A DNA stretch of 49,450 nucleotides, the filler included, from Trypethelium eluteriae (lineage: Eukaryota): assembly GCA_051942245.1 (NCBI GenBank). It is 2 parts of 2 records of this genome, joined end to end, with 100 filler letters (N's around TTAATTAATTAA, not from the genome) between each part and the next. Parts side by side here need not be neighbours in the genome. Positions count along the whole stretch, not along the records: positions 1 to 24,683 come from JAVECL010000396.1; 1 more part is not named here. One strand, 5' to 3'. Below, piece after piece: positions 1 through 13,640 of this stretch; the stretch's first letter is position 1; each line of letters opens with the position of its first letter. The notes beneath the pieces are model-generated. The model ran no database searches. It saw only the letters and a list, made by a program, of their open reading frames with translations, and was not told where the DNA came from. Position numbers and translations under genes: made by a program.

Positions 1-3000
1 CCTCACCCCCAGCCACCGGCGTCGTAACCACTGCCCTCTTCCTCGCCGCGCCCCCACTCAAACTCCTCGCCCTCGCCCCCTTCTGCGCCGCCTGCGTCGT
101 CGTCGTCGTCGTCGTCACAGCCATCGGCGACGTCCCGCCCCGCTCCGACTCAGCGCCCGAGCTCGCCGTCGTCGTCTTCTTCAGCGCGCTCTTCGTCGGT
201 GTCGTCGGCCGCAGCCCCGTCGTCGTTGGCGCCGTCGCGCCAAGCCCAGCCTTCGCATCGCGCCCTTTCGAGGGACTGTCTCTTCTCCTCGCGGGACTGC
301 TGCCGCTCCGCAGACTCGTCGGCGTGACGGGCCGCTCTGTCCCGAGCCCGGTCTCTTGGAAGTAGCTGCCGGCGTGGTCGCGCACAGGGCTTCCGGTGCG
401 CGCGGACGTCTTTGCTGCGGTCTTGTCGTCTGCGCGCGCGAGTTGTTGTTGTGCGCCGCGCAGGAGGGCCATGGCGGAGCGCTCGTCGGAGGCTTCTTGG
501 GTGTTGGCCAAGTCGGCGGAGGTGTTGCGAGTGTGTCCGGGGTGCGGTTGCGCGAGGTTTTGAGACTGAGATGGAGGTGGGGATTTGGTGGGATCCGTGG
601 TGGTGGCGGCTAGGGCGGCGGTTTTAGCCTTCGCGACGATGGAGCTCTGAGGGTCGGGAGGAGGCGATTTGATTGTGGGTCGGGGAGGGGGCACGGTGTG
701 GTCGCTGTCGTTAGGCGGTGGTGACGTAGTTTGAAGAGCTTCCGCCTGTCGGTTCTCGACCTCGCCAAAGGCGCTGTTAGGACCGTCAAGACCTGGAGTT
801 TGCGGGAAGGCACCAGGAATGTTGTAATTTTGGGTTGAAAGGCCGCGTGGAAGAGGAGGGACAGGTGGAACATCGGATGCTGCAGACTCAGGTTCGGGAA
901 TAGGCGCTTCGTCAGCGGTGACATGGTAATGCCCAAGGGCACTGGAAGGGCGAGGTGGCGATGTTGGGACGATATTTGCTTCACGAGATGGAGTCGGAGT
1001 GTGGCCCTCAGCGCTATCAGGTTTTTCGGTGCTCGCCGTTTGAGGCCTACTTGATATGGAAGCTGGGAAGGTTGCAACGTTTGGACTAGGACTCAGCTCC
1101 GGCACATCACCAATGGTATCCTGATATTCACTCGCACGTCTCTGAGATAGTAGTAGAGCTTCGTACGATGCATTCGCGTCGCCCCCCTCCGGGGCTGAGG
1201 TTTCTTCCATTCTATCTTTTGGCCCCGCAACCCGTTGTGAAGGTGTTGGCGTGCCTCGATAACTGTATTCGCTAGCTGAGATTTCGCCTGCACTGACCAT
1301 GCTGTCGCTTGCAGTGTCATCAGGATCTGCATCTCGCCGGCTCCGAGGTCTGCGTAAAACAATCGGAAATGCGCCTCCAGTACCACCGACCATAACAGGG
1401 GAGGCAAGGAATCGCTTCAGATCGTCAACACGCGGTGTTGAGCGCGAGGCTGACGAGGATTCCACAATCGAGCCGCGATTGGGAGACTTGCTTCGATTAT
1501 GCTGTTCATACACATGGTGGGTGCTATAGAATCGACTTTCATTTTGCGGTAGGGGAGGTATGTTATCCGTTGTATCGCCATTTGTAGTGAGAAATTGTTG
1601 GCGAGGGCCGCCAGCGCTCTTACCGGTTTTCGATCCGGTCACTGAGGATGAGGAAGGACTGTCCGAAGCAGTCGTCGCAATGCACGATTCACGACTCCAA
1701 TCAGAAAGTAGCTGCTCCCTTATCTTAGCAGGTAGCTGAGGAGGCTCATGGGTTGACGTCTGCATGTTACTATAAGAGGACGCTAATCCGGGCATAGAGA
1801 TGGAACTACGTCCTGGAGAGCCAGGAGGGCTAGATGGAGGTGACGAAAGTGAGGCCCCATACGCCGCACTGATGTAATCAATGAGTGTTTCGCGATGGTC
1901 AAAGGGCTTCAACGAAGTAGAAACGACGATACTAGAGGAGAGTGTCTCAGTAAGTGGAGTTGCGGGCACGGTCAGCGTTTTGTCCAGTGAAAGTGGAGGG
2001 ATCTGGATGCTCTTAGCCCACACGCCTGTCGTTCGTCTTCGAGAAATCTCGCGTTCAATCTCGTTTCCAATGCGTGAGCCTTCCAAGTTAAAATACTCGA
2101 TTAGTGCCCAGAGGTAACCATGGACGAGGCTCCCCATGTGGATCTTGTAGATGGGACTCTCCACAGTCGGGATGTCTTCTTGGAGGCGCCATATCATGGG
2201 TAGGCCGCTCCTCGCAGCATTGACTCCAAGCTTTTGGACAAGACTAGCAAGGAGCAAATGCAAGAGCAGTATCTCGGACTCAACATCACAATACTGTTGT
2301 GCATTCTCATAGATGGCCAAATGCAGCAACTGGAGGAAGCTTGACCTGACAGACTTGAGGCCCTTTTCCCGTGAGGCATTGGAAGCCGCTCTTTTTGCAA
2401 GAGTGTCACCATTTTTGCCGCTCTTGCCCTGGGATGCCAGTCTCTTGTCTTTAACTTCAAGGTCTTTTCTCGTCGTTTCGAATTTGAGCCATGTGAGCAG
2501 CGCATCGACGTATGCTCTGCGAGCAAGGTAATTAGGATCTCGAAGAAGCCATTGGGTGCCTTCCCAGACAGAAAAGCTAATTCGGTTCCGACTGCCAGCC
2601 ACCAGGGATCCTTGCGAGTCGCGCTTGTTTGCAACCAGCAAGATGTCTTTGACTGCTAGCATAGCGGTGACCCTAGCGGTATCGAATGAAAAAAATCCAT
2701 CGGTATTTGGCTTCTCATTAATGCTTGCAGAATCGGCGATTGCATCGACAGTCCCGATAGGGTTCTCGATTGCACTAGCAGAGTTGATAATGCTTGACCT
2801 AGATGATGGTTTAAGCCGTGAAAGAATTGCTGAGACCATGTCGGATATCTGGTCAGTGTAATAGACATGCGTCGCAAGATCGGCAATACACCGTCTTAAT
2901 TGCTCCAAAAGTTCCACGCGGGTCTGTGAAGGATCTTTGACAACCTCAACGACCGGACTAGCCTGAGACTTGGCGCTGGCCATATGCTGCTGCGAGGTTG

Positions 3001-4384
3001 AGGGAAATCCTTCATTACCGATAACATCGACTTGCTGGCCATGCGGTACAAGTGCAGAATCTTTACCCCCAAGCTGGAGAATGAGTAGGATATGCTGGAC
3101 AAATCCGACCAGAACGTCCATTATACTGAGCCCGATGAAATTGATGTCGGAGCTGAGAAGACATCCGATGATCGTAGCCAACAAAAGCTGCTTGGGCAAA
3201 TCGGCCTCGATGATTGGGCTTCTCACTAGAGTCTCAACCGTTGTGACCACGATGACGAAGTGATCCTGTACAGGCGCTGACCTGCATATTACCTCAAAAA
3301 GCGCTACTGGCCAATTATTCTCTGGTAGGCTCAGAAACCCGTTTTTGGCAGACGATTGGGCCTCGATCCTTTTTGTCAAGAAGCGTACCACCGCAGAAGT
3401 TGCAATACGTAGCTGACTACGATTGACCACGTTGAAGATGACTCTCAGGACTGATAGTGCAAGGCAGCCAACCTCCTCTTCAGCAAGTTTATCTGCATCG
3501 GCGGTCGTTCCCGAAGCAGCAATAGGATCGGCTTCATCGATTTCTGCAGTTCGCATTGTTGAAGAACTTTGCCGTCTCTTAAACGCCTGTTCTTTCTCCA
3601 ACCGCTCCTTTTCTTGCTCTCGCGCTTGCAACAGCGCAAGGTAGCTACCATGTTTCGAGTAGAGATTCTCCAGAACCACCGGTACTATCAGCCCTAATTG
3701 CTTCGAAGTATCTGCCGAGAGTGATTCAAATGACACCACGGCTTTCAAAGCCTCCAATCCTGTCTCCCTGTATCTGATCGCGATGGGGACACTAGTAGGA
3801 CCCTTCGTTTGTACAGGAGTGTCTTTAGAGGCAAATACGGCATAGATGCTGACAATTTCCTCGTACTGCTTAAGATACTCCTGATCGGCAGCAAGTATGG
3901 CGGGATCTTGATGTTTGCAGAAAGCCTCAAAGGTCTCGACAGTATCTTCGCATGACTGAATATCTCCGGAACGCAGGATGTTTCGCAGTATACGGAGGAC
4001 GAAAGGTGCAAAGAGAGAGAGGTCGCGTGGACATTTTTCAATTAACGCTTTGAGGATCTGGAGGGTGACTTGGACGTTGCTGCGTAGGGTCGGCTTGTCA
4101 GTAGAGATTCGGCCAAGCCAACTCGCCTGGCTCCCCAGCCATTGACAAATTCATTGGGTTATTACGAACCCAGTACGACCTCTGCCTACATCCCTCGCAG
4201 TCCGCCTCTCCAAAAACTGTCCGACTTTCTGTAATTTACTGCGTCGCGTGCTGGCATAGTAGAGTAGATAGCTGAGTTCGCTGGAATTGGGCCGGGCTTC
4301 TTGATTGTTTCTCCCAAGCTTTGGATAGCATTTGAGGATGAGGACTTGATGCTTCGGTCGCACTGACTGCCGTATGGTATTCAT
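1..4384 (-). CDS. EFR3: Efr3, plasma-membrane scaffold of the PI4-kinase Stt4 complex; 3' end runs off the window
   Basis: The N-terminus RPKHQVLILKCYP...PNSSELSYLLYYASTRRSKLQKVGQFLE is the Efr3 signature. Intron 4169..4080 (GTTCGT...CTACGCAG) rejoins in frame to GNVQVTLQILKALIEKCPRDL. In the stretches I translated (start of exon 2 and ~1590 to 1) the frame is open to the window edge, which explains its absence from the ORF track. Confidence 0.93.
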
Positions 4385-6617
4385 TGGATGTGCCTCTGGG
4401 GAGTCGGGGCCAGCAGGGGTTTTGGTGATGGCAAACCCGAAGCGTTTTCAGATGTTGGAGGATAGTGTAATTAGTGACGGAACCGCGGCAAGGAATTATT
4501 AATTACGGCAGGGCGATTGCAATGAGTCGCAGAGGGGTATCACAAGCTTCCGAATGCAAAGACATGTAAGATAATTACAACCAAGGAAATAGAGTGAAGT
4601 CGAAAGCAGAGTGTGAGGAGATGGAGAATGTTGTAGGTGTCCGGGGCCAGGTAATTAGACACGGGGAAGGATGCGCGCGCCCACCCAGTCGCGAAAACTG
4701 ACTGCGCTGGGTGCTGCAGTGAATTTTGGCCTACCCTGAACCTACATCAGCCAAATGACGCACAGCTTGCACTACGCCTAACCCGGTCGCTCTTCCGTCT
4801 CTCACGCCCCTGTCATTGAGTCAGTCTTCCTATCCAACTTGCGTTGCTTGCTTGATTCTCTCGAGATCCCTTGAATGGCTGATGAGCGTGGCTATGGAGC
4901 TCATTCTCATCCGATCTGGTGAAGAGACCAAGTCAGCCCACCAGGGGATGAGACAGATATCGGCACTAATCGAGGTTGCCGATATTTCGACCTCTGTGCA
5001 TCTTGCGAATCTCTTGAATCTCTCGACAAAGTCTCATTAGATTTTAAGATTACTCCGTATGGAGGAACGCTGCGTAGGGTAGTGAGATAGAACCGGTACG
5101 AGATCATGTCGCATCTCAGCTCTAACGTCCTGAGAAGCCTCAATCAAGATCTTGAACCTCGTGTGGCCACCTGGCTCGAGAGGCTCCAATCATGGAAATG
5201 AGGCTCCTCGTTTGCTACATCGTTGCAGTCGACTGGCGTATTTTTCTCCGCCAAGATGCTTGTAGGAGTTTTCTATACTTAGGACATTTAGAATTCTGCT
5301 CTCTGCCCGTTAAAGCACTTTGGCTTATCCATTGGCTCTAATCGTGTTCCACTCCCGCTTCATCCTGGCAAAGACTTAACTGTCAGCAGTCGAATCTAGC
5401 TCTATTGCCCACTGATGAAATGAGATTCGATGTGGGGAGCTGGTTGGCATCTTTTCTTCTTTATCGGTCAATCAGATGCCTTTTTGACACGTGTAGTCGA
5501 GCTAATCAAAATTCGTCGCCGGGAGCTGCATAAACGATATCTGAAGAGACAGCATTGTTCGCTAACCTCGCTGGCACCATCGATTGCCGATCATCATTTG
5601 GCAGAGCTGTTACGATACGTAGATAGTGAGTGTTGGTAGCGTTGGGTTTACAATATCCCACCCCCCATTGTGTCACCAGAAGATTTCGTCACCTATTTCA
5701 TCTCTTGCGAATTGCAATTTATCGGGGACAACAGTTACATTATAGGCCGAACTCGGCTCTGAAAATGCAAGTTGAACCATATCCATTGCAGACCTTAGCA
5801 ACAATCTTCTGTATAAGTCTTGAGGCTAAAAGGTGGTACCTGACCAATGCAGTGACCCGCGGAGGTACGCTGAGACGATCATAGACGAGATCGCATTGTT
5901 TGCTGATGAATGGTATCGGAGAGCCTCGACTCATGCTAAAAACCAATCGAACAATTTCGTTGTTGACTAGGTAGATATTGCTGATAAGCACTTCATATGA
6001 ATAGAGAGACGCTCAGAAAAGTATATGATCGTACAGAGGTGTTGATCGTCATGTAACCATTAGAGAAGTTAGGTCCTTGCAGTGTGGCAGTGAAGTCCTC
6101 AAACACATTCTCGCACCCTAGTCTCGAGAGAAATATACATTAAACGCGTAAGGGTAAGATTGCCCATATCATTCTCCAGTGTAATATGGGTGTTATCGTG
6201 AATTTGTCATGAACATTCAAAACCAGCCATCCATGCAAGGAATACTACACGGAATTAAAACTCGAAATGAGGAAGTGGATCATTTCTATGGTAGGCTTGA
6301 TTGATCATAGAAATGAAGTCTAACTACTGAAGCCTCATGAGCAAGCTCCAAATACAGCAACACCCATCCACCCACTTCATCCCGTCTCAAGTAAACAAAG
6401 GAAAATTCTTGAAAGGTCATTGTCGTAGAGTATTGCTCATAGAAAGGTTGCCCCAGATGATACACGTCAGATGAAAGAGAAAAAAGCAAGACAAGCTGAA
6501 GATGAGCACCTCGCCGTCCCCCATCTCCGTCGTATGAAGGAAGAGAAGAAACCGGCAAGGCCCACTAAGAACAAATCTCGGCTTTTTTTTGCACACCCCA
6601 TTCCATCATGAGATTAT

Positions 6618-8472
<1,855 letters not shown>

Positions 8473-8531
8473 TTTGTTGGTGTGGAATATGTGATGGTGT
8501 CAAAGTTTTGGAAAATTGGAGGCGAAAGGTA

Positions 8532-8592
8532 CTGGATAGACTGTTAGTCTTGATGGACAAGGCAATGGCAGTGCTCGTAGATGATGGCATAC
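8532..8592 (-). other. Probable 5'-UTR intron of TEF1
   Basis: The minus strand reads GTATGC...GACTAAC...TATCCAG (61 nt), ending 60 nt upstream of the ATG, with canonical donor, branch and acceptor. Confidence 0.7.
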
Positions 8593-9134
8593 GTGGAAAA
8601 AAATCCAGATACGACAGCTTGGTGTGTCGAGGTATGGAGGACAGGGAGAAAAGAGGATTCCAAGGGCAGCAGAGGTTTTATGTGCGGGTCGCTTAGCGCC
8701 CACAACTCAAGTGGCAACAGCACCACGGCACCACGGGTGACTCAATGCTCAGTGAAACTTGTTCCCAAGAACTGTGCAAACACTGCGTGACTGGGGTTTT
8801 CCCATACAAATTTGACTACCGAGATTGACTGTGAGCCAGTGATCATTGTCCGATTATGGTGTCGACGCAATCTTTAGAAGAGTACCCGGGACCCAGTGAG
8901 GGCCAAATCAGGCAGCGATATCACTCATATCACTGGCCAGAAGCGATTCAGTCATTGCATAGATCTCAATGGACAGCTCTTGTATCTGCAAACGGAAAAA
9001 ACGGTCCTTTCGCACATGGATATCCGCAGTATCGTACCCAAAGTACAGAGATCCACCAGGAAATCATTCGAGAAAGAAATTGCACGCTACCATTAAATTG
9101 AAAACGCACAGCGCCCATGTCAACTTGTCTCTCT

Positions 9135-12068
9135 TCACTCATCCTCCCCCTCCCATCCCTTCAAGCCTCCAAGCTTACAATAACATCGACAGCCAGCCTC
9201 AGGGCACGCCGTATGCTTTGCAAACCACGTCTGGGCGTGCCGCGGGTGGAATGCATGCATGCATCTGAGACAGTACTGCAGAAATCCCTCCATCAAATTC
9301 ATGCCCGCCAAAGCCTCAGTTGCCCCTGCGTCATCTGGATCCGGCGCTCCTGTCCACAGCTGACACACCGCGCACCGTGGGAGCGGGTGTCCACAATTTT
9401 TACACACTTTGCATCTCCGTGCTCGAGCTTGTGATCGTTGCTGTGGTCTGCTGGTGTTGGTACCTGGACCATTATGAGTCGTGGATGGCGGAGCTGCTGA
9501 GGGAGCCGTGGGCTGTTGAGTCGCTACGGGTTGGGGTTGGGGTGACTCAGGTTCTTCGGGAGTTGGAGGAGACTCGAAAGTGCTAATGGCGATGTTCTTT
9601 TGGCAGTATTCGCAACGGATGGTGATCTGGCCGCGTGGAATCTTGACTACACTGCGTGGCTTCTGGGAGTTTGTCTTCAGAGTGTCAGGCTCGGTCAGCT
9701 CTTGGTGCTTGCGAGGGAGAATTGCGAGGCGGCTGTGCTGTGTAATGAACTGAGAACGCTCGAGAAAGGCCCGCCAAACTTGCATCTGACCTTGATAGAT
9801 TTCCTTCCAGAGCTTGTAACGCGTGTCCCGGATATAGAGTGGATTGCTGAATGAGAGGGCAAGAACTGCCGATTGAAGGTCGTTGGTACGATTGATATAA
9901 CTTTGAAAGAGATCAAGCGATCTTTGAGCCAGGCCTGTCAAAACGATTCCTTCAGGGTTGCCGCGGGCTATTGAAGTGGAAGTGACAGATTCCAAAAATG
10001 AGCTCAGGCTGTCGTCATCAAAGTACATGACGGCAACACCGACACGATCAACAAGAGGAAGATTGTGCAAATTCACCACGGCCTTCCAGCTTCCAGTGAT
10101 TACTTGCGTAAGCAGAGCCTTCAAGTATGGATCATCAGACTCTTCTGCCATCCACGAACACATTTCTCGCTGATCACTGGTCAAGCGGTCGACCATGATG
10201 ATTGCGCCTATGCCCATATTCGTAATCTGTCTCTTCTGCACGGCCTTTCGTAGAATTCGAGATGCAATATCTCTGTGTCCGTGGAAAGCAGCAAGGACCA
10301 CTGCCTTATAAGCGTGATCGCTGTTGAGAAGGCTGCCGCACTTCTGTTCCAGAACTTCCGCAGTGGCAGCCCAGCCGCATATTGCCAAGGATAGCTGGCG
10401 ATGGTAAGGGTACTGGGTATACGTCCGTTCGAACCTGGGCCAGCCTCGGATGTTGGCAATCTGATGTACTGCCTCATCTATGGCCAACTTGGAGACTGGC
10501 TGGGTGATTGCTCGATTCTCGCTCTGGCCAATGTTGCGTCTCCAAATGGGGGCTACACCGAGGTAGCTCAGATCCAAACTATCACCAACCATGCCTTCAT
10601 CAGCTGCTAAATCTTTGAGTCTCCCAATACTTCCCCACATCTCAACAAGGGCTGAATCGTCTGCAGTGATGCGCATGTTTTTGGCACAGTCAAACAAATA
10701 GCCTTCCAAGCAACGCCTTCTCTGTACCGTTAGCCACAGCAGAGCTTCATCCAGGTCGAGAAGTGCTCTTGACCCCGGTTCATCCGTATTCGGAGATTGC
10801 AAGGAGGTAAGCTCATCAGAGATACTCCGTGACGGATCCTCAGCCCTTCCGGTGATGATGTGGGTATCTTTGCAAATCATGAACTCATCAACTCCAGAGA
10901 TTTTTGCATGAGCGGGATAAGAGGGTCCTGGGATGCAAGAGACACTACGGTCACTGTGCAATGCAATTAAGCCCCGATCTAGGGGCTGGTCTGCTCCGGT
11001 CATGAAATCAAACGCCATGAGACGGTGAACCTCGCCATTTGAACTATGTACATTATGCCAAGGTGATGCAATCGTATGTGTTCGTCTGGTGTAGACGCTC
11101 GAGCTCCAGGCAGAGCCTCCCAAGTGATTAACAGGAGGGATGACATGAGGCGCATCGGTGGCATGGCTTGCAATCTCATATGCCTTGACCTCTCCGGTAC
11201 TCGACAGCACACAAAATCTACCACGCTTCTGGCCAGAGAAACGTAAGCTCCATATGCTAGCATTGGATCCCGTGCTGGAATTGGAACTCGTCGTATGATC
11301 TATTGCAGGACGTAACTCCAGTACTGCTCCTGGTGACGCTGCGTCTGAGTTCGGAGTTCCTGGAATTTGCCTAGAGATAAAGCGTTTGTCCCAAATTGTC
11401 ACTGCTGGCTCTCCGGGTGGACCAGCTGACAAGAAGTAATTTTCATCCAGGGGGTCAATGGCTATATTGTGCACATAGCGGGTGTTGAATTGGGCCATAC
11501 CATAGTTGTAAGGGTCTCGTAGATCGTAAAACCGAATGCACTGTCGGGCAACGCCTGCAAGAAGCGTCTGAGAATAACCGTTGCAGAACTTGATGCTTGT
11601 GATAGCCTCAGAACTCGATAATTTCTGATAAGGCTCTTGAGGCTCGCCGCTTCGTAGAGAACTCTGATGGACATCATAAATGTTCATGCAGAAATCGTTC
11701 CGCACTCTATCTAGACCTGTGGCAAGTAGATTCTCGTGGCTGAATGCAATAGAATTGCATTTTCGCTGATGCCGAATTGGAAAGGACTGGACGAAAGGCG
11801 CTTCCGGATCGTCGCCGCTTAGATCGAGAAGAATTGCCTCTCCGGAAGCAGAGCCAATGCCGACCAGTGTACCATGAGTTTTGGACCAGTCAAAGGCCGT
11901 GAAGTTTGGTAATTTCTCTCGCCGTGCTTCGGTAGAGTATTCGATGGTGTCGCCAGATATAAACTTGTTGATCCTGTTCAGCTCAAGGCGGTTTCCAGCA
12001 ACATCGATAATCAGGAATTGCAGATCTGCTTCCTTTGCGTGAGGCGACCATCGTATCGCCGCCTCCAT
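9135..12068 (-). CDS. SEA4: SEACAT/GATOR2 subunit Sea4/MIOS (N-terminal WD40, C-terminal zinc-finger/RING-like region)
   Basis: 977-aa single ORF. It has WD40 motifs (FTAFDWS, RKCNSIAF, LLATGLDRVRNDFC), the conserved GNPEGIVLTGL...LFQSYINRTNDLQSA block, and C-terminal CKNCGHPLPRCAVC...CLRCMHAFH...WF..H..CP...CRCYC. Confidence 0.92.
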   Translation of the reverse strand: MEAAIRWSPHAKEADLQFLIIDVAGNRLELNRINKFISGDTIEYSTEARREKLPNFTAFDWSKTHGTLVGIGSASGEAILLDLSGDDPEAPFVQSFPIRHQRKCNSIAFSHENLLATGLDRVRNDFCMNIYDVHQSSLRSGEPQEPYQKLSSSEAITSIKFCNGYSQTLLAGVARQCIRFYDLRDPYNYGMAQFNTRYVHNIAIDPLDENYFLSAGPPGEPAVTIWDKRFISRQIPGTPNSDAASPGAVLELRPAIDHTTSSNSSTGSNASIWSLRFSGQKRGRFCVLSSTGEVKAYEIASHATDAPHVIPPVNHLGGSAWSSSVYTRRTHTIASPWHNVHSSNGEVHRLMAFDFMTGADQPLDRGLIALHSDRSVSCIPGPSYPAHAKISGVDEFMICKDTHIITGRAEDPSRSISDELTSLQSPNTDEPGSRALLDLDEALLWLTVQRRRCLEGYLFDCAKNMRITADDSALVEMWGSIGRLKDLAADEGMVGDSLDLSYLGVAPIWRRNIGQSENRAITQPVSKLAIDEAVHQIANIRGWPRFERTYTQYPYHRQLSLAICGWAATAEVLEQKCGSLLNSDHAYKAVVLAAFHGHRDIASRILRKAVQKRQITNMGIGAIIMVDRLTSDQREMCSWMAEESDDPYLKALLTQVITGSWKAVVNLHNLPLVDRVGVAVMYFDDDSLSSFLESVTSTSIARGNPEGIVLTGLAQRSLDLFQSYINRTNDLQSAVLALSFSNPLYIRDTRYKLWKEIYQGQMQVWRAFLERSQFITQHSRLAILPRKHQELTEPDTLKTNSQKPRSVVKIPRGQITIRCEYCQKNIAISTFESPPTPEEPESPQPQPVATQQPTAPSAAPPSTTHNGPGTNTSRPQQRSQARARRCKVCKNCGHPLPRCAVCQLWTGAPDPDDAGATEALAGMNLMEGFLQYCLRCMHAFHPRHAQTWFAKHTACPEAGCRCYCKLGGLKGWEGEDE

Positions 12069-12378
12069 GGTGGAAGCTTTCTAAGGTTAACATCAAGTAC
12101 ATCCTGGATCAATATATTATCAATAACGACTTGCCATCCTCCTTTGGCAAAGAGGTCATTATGTACGATGGCTCAATGGCAAGACTGAACCCGAATCTGC
12201 GAAAACGTGTCCTGGGTAAGGTAGTTAGGTAGTTTGGCTATAGGTTATGAAGTGAAATGAGATCGCGTAAGTGGCCCGGGCGCGTGAATTCGCGCTAAGA
12301 TTGACGCTTGGACAGGACTGGACATTTTATGGATACACTTCGATTAAACCCATCTATCCTCCACACACACCACTCAGT

Positions 12379-13233
12379 ATGGGAACAAAGCGCAAAGGGA
12401 AGGGCAGACATGCTCCCAAGCTCAATGAGGAGAAACCCACGAGACGCTTCCGCTCTGGACCACATCCTATGGGAATCGAATTTGAGCGGCACCCGCACAA
12501 GTACGCCGTGAATCCCCTCAAGGAAAGAATTAGGGACATTAGGCGAGCTCTTTCTCATAAACAAAATATGCCAGCAGATCGACGACTGGAACTTGAACGT
12601 GAGCTTAGCACAAAACAATTTGACCTTGAGATCGCACAGTCCGACAGACACAAGCAAGAGATGGTTGGACGGTACCATATGGTGCGATTCTTCGGTACCG
12701 AAGCATTACACTTCCTTCATCAATACCCGCAAATACTGACATGTTCTCCAGAAAAGCAGAAAGCATCCCGATCTTTGAAGAGGGCGGGGAAATTAGTCGA
12801 TGCAGCGACTGCTCCTAGTGACATCGCAATAGCCCGACAAGAGTATCATGTCGCCGAAATTGATCTGAATTATGCAACATATTTCCCTCTCGACCTTCCC
12901 TATGTCAGCCTGTACCCTAAGAAGAAAGACAACGATGGCAAAGTTGTACAAGATAACGAGCTCATGAAACAAGGCGTACGAGGAGACCAGGAAATGTGGC
13001 ATATGGTGGAAGAATGCACAGCTAACAACACCCTGGAAAATCTTCGAAGCGGCATTCTCACCAAGGATAGAAGCTTCCCTACTACGACTCTCAAAAAAAT
13101 GCCGAGTAATAAAGGCTCCAATGATAACTCTGCGGGGCTCCAGGGCGATGTTAAGAAACAGAAGAGTATGGACGAAATTACGGCTGCGGATGATGAAGAT
13201 AGCGACGGCGGATTCTTTGAAGGGATGGGTTAG
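12379..13233 (+). CDS. EFG1: rRNA-processing protein Efg1
   Basis: Motifs VNPLKERIRDIRRAL, MVGRYHMVRFF-EKQKA (after removing the 57-nt intron 12695..12751), VAEIDLNYATYFPLDLPYVSLY and acidic C-terminus DEDSDGGFFE. Confidence 0.9.
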   Translation: MGTKRKGKGRHAPKLNEEKPTRRFRSGPHPMGIEFERHPHKYAVNPLKERIRDIRRALSHKQNMPADRRLELERELSTKQFDLEIAQSDRHKQEMVGRYHMVRFFGTEALHFLHQYPQILTCSPEKQKASRSLKRAGKLVDAATAPSDIAIARQEYHVAEIDLNYATYFPLDLPYVSLYPKKKDNDGKVVQDNELMKQGVRGDQEMWHMVEECTANNTLENLRSGILTKDRSFPTTTLKKMPSNKGSNDNSAGLQGDVKKQKSMDEITAADDEDSDGGFFEGMG

Positions 13234-13640
13234 TGGAGCCCTCTGGGATGGCAGCGCATGCACCAGACCGAGAGAGAAGGTCTACGCGTAATTCACGATT
13301 CTCACGACCGGGGAGGCATATGCAAGATCCAAGGCGTTTGCAGGATGTATGATACCCAGATACCCAACCACCAGGCGATGTATTCCACATGAGATATTAG
13401 ATTCTGATCACATGAGAAATCGTGTTTCTCAAAGCCGAAGTCCCCAACGAAGTACCTCAAGATCGCAGCCCGTCACTAGCAATCTTTGCAGGTTATTCAG
13501 AGGCGTCAAAAATATTGACAGTGCTTTCACCACCTCTGACCGCTTCTCAAGTACTTCCACGCTGCATTTGTCTATGAAGATTACTCATAATCGTATCTCA
13601 TATAATACATCGCGCATCTATGCGCTCAAATATACACCTT

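Noticed and set aside
4400..6600. Short ORFs between EFR3 and TEF1
   Set aside because: They have no recognisable motifs, no consistent exon chain and no codon bias; treated as intergenic or UTR sequence.
8738..8744. TGACTCA (Gcn4/CpcA-type site) upstream of TEF1; also TGAGTCA at 4817-4823
   Set aside because: About six such 7-mers are expected by chance in 49 kb, so they cannot be supported without conservation data.
12271..12378. Upstream in-frame extensions in the ORF track for EFG1 (also PFF1, CCT5 and the 35278 ORF)
   Set aside because: They arise from GTG/TTG starts allowed by the ORF caller; the first ATG matches the expected protein start.
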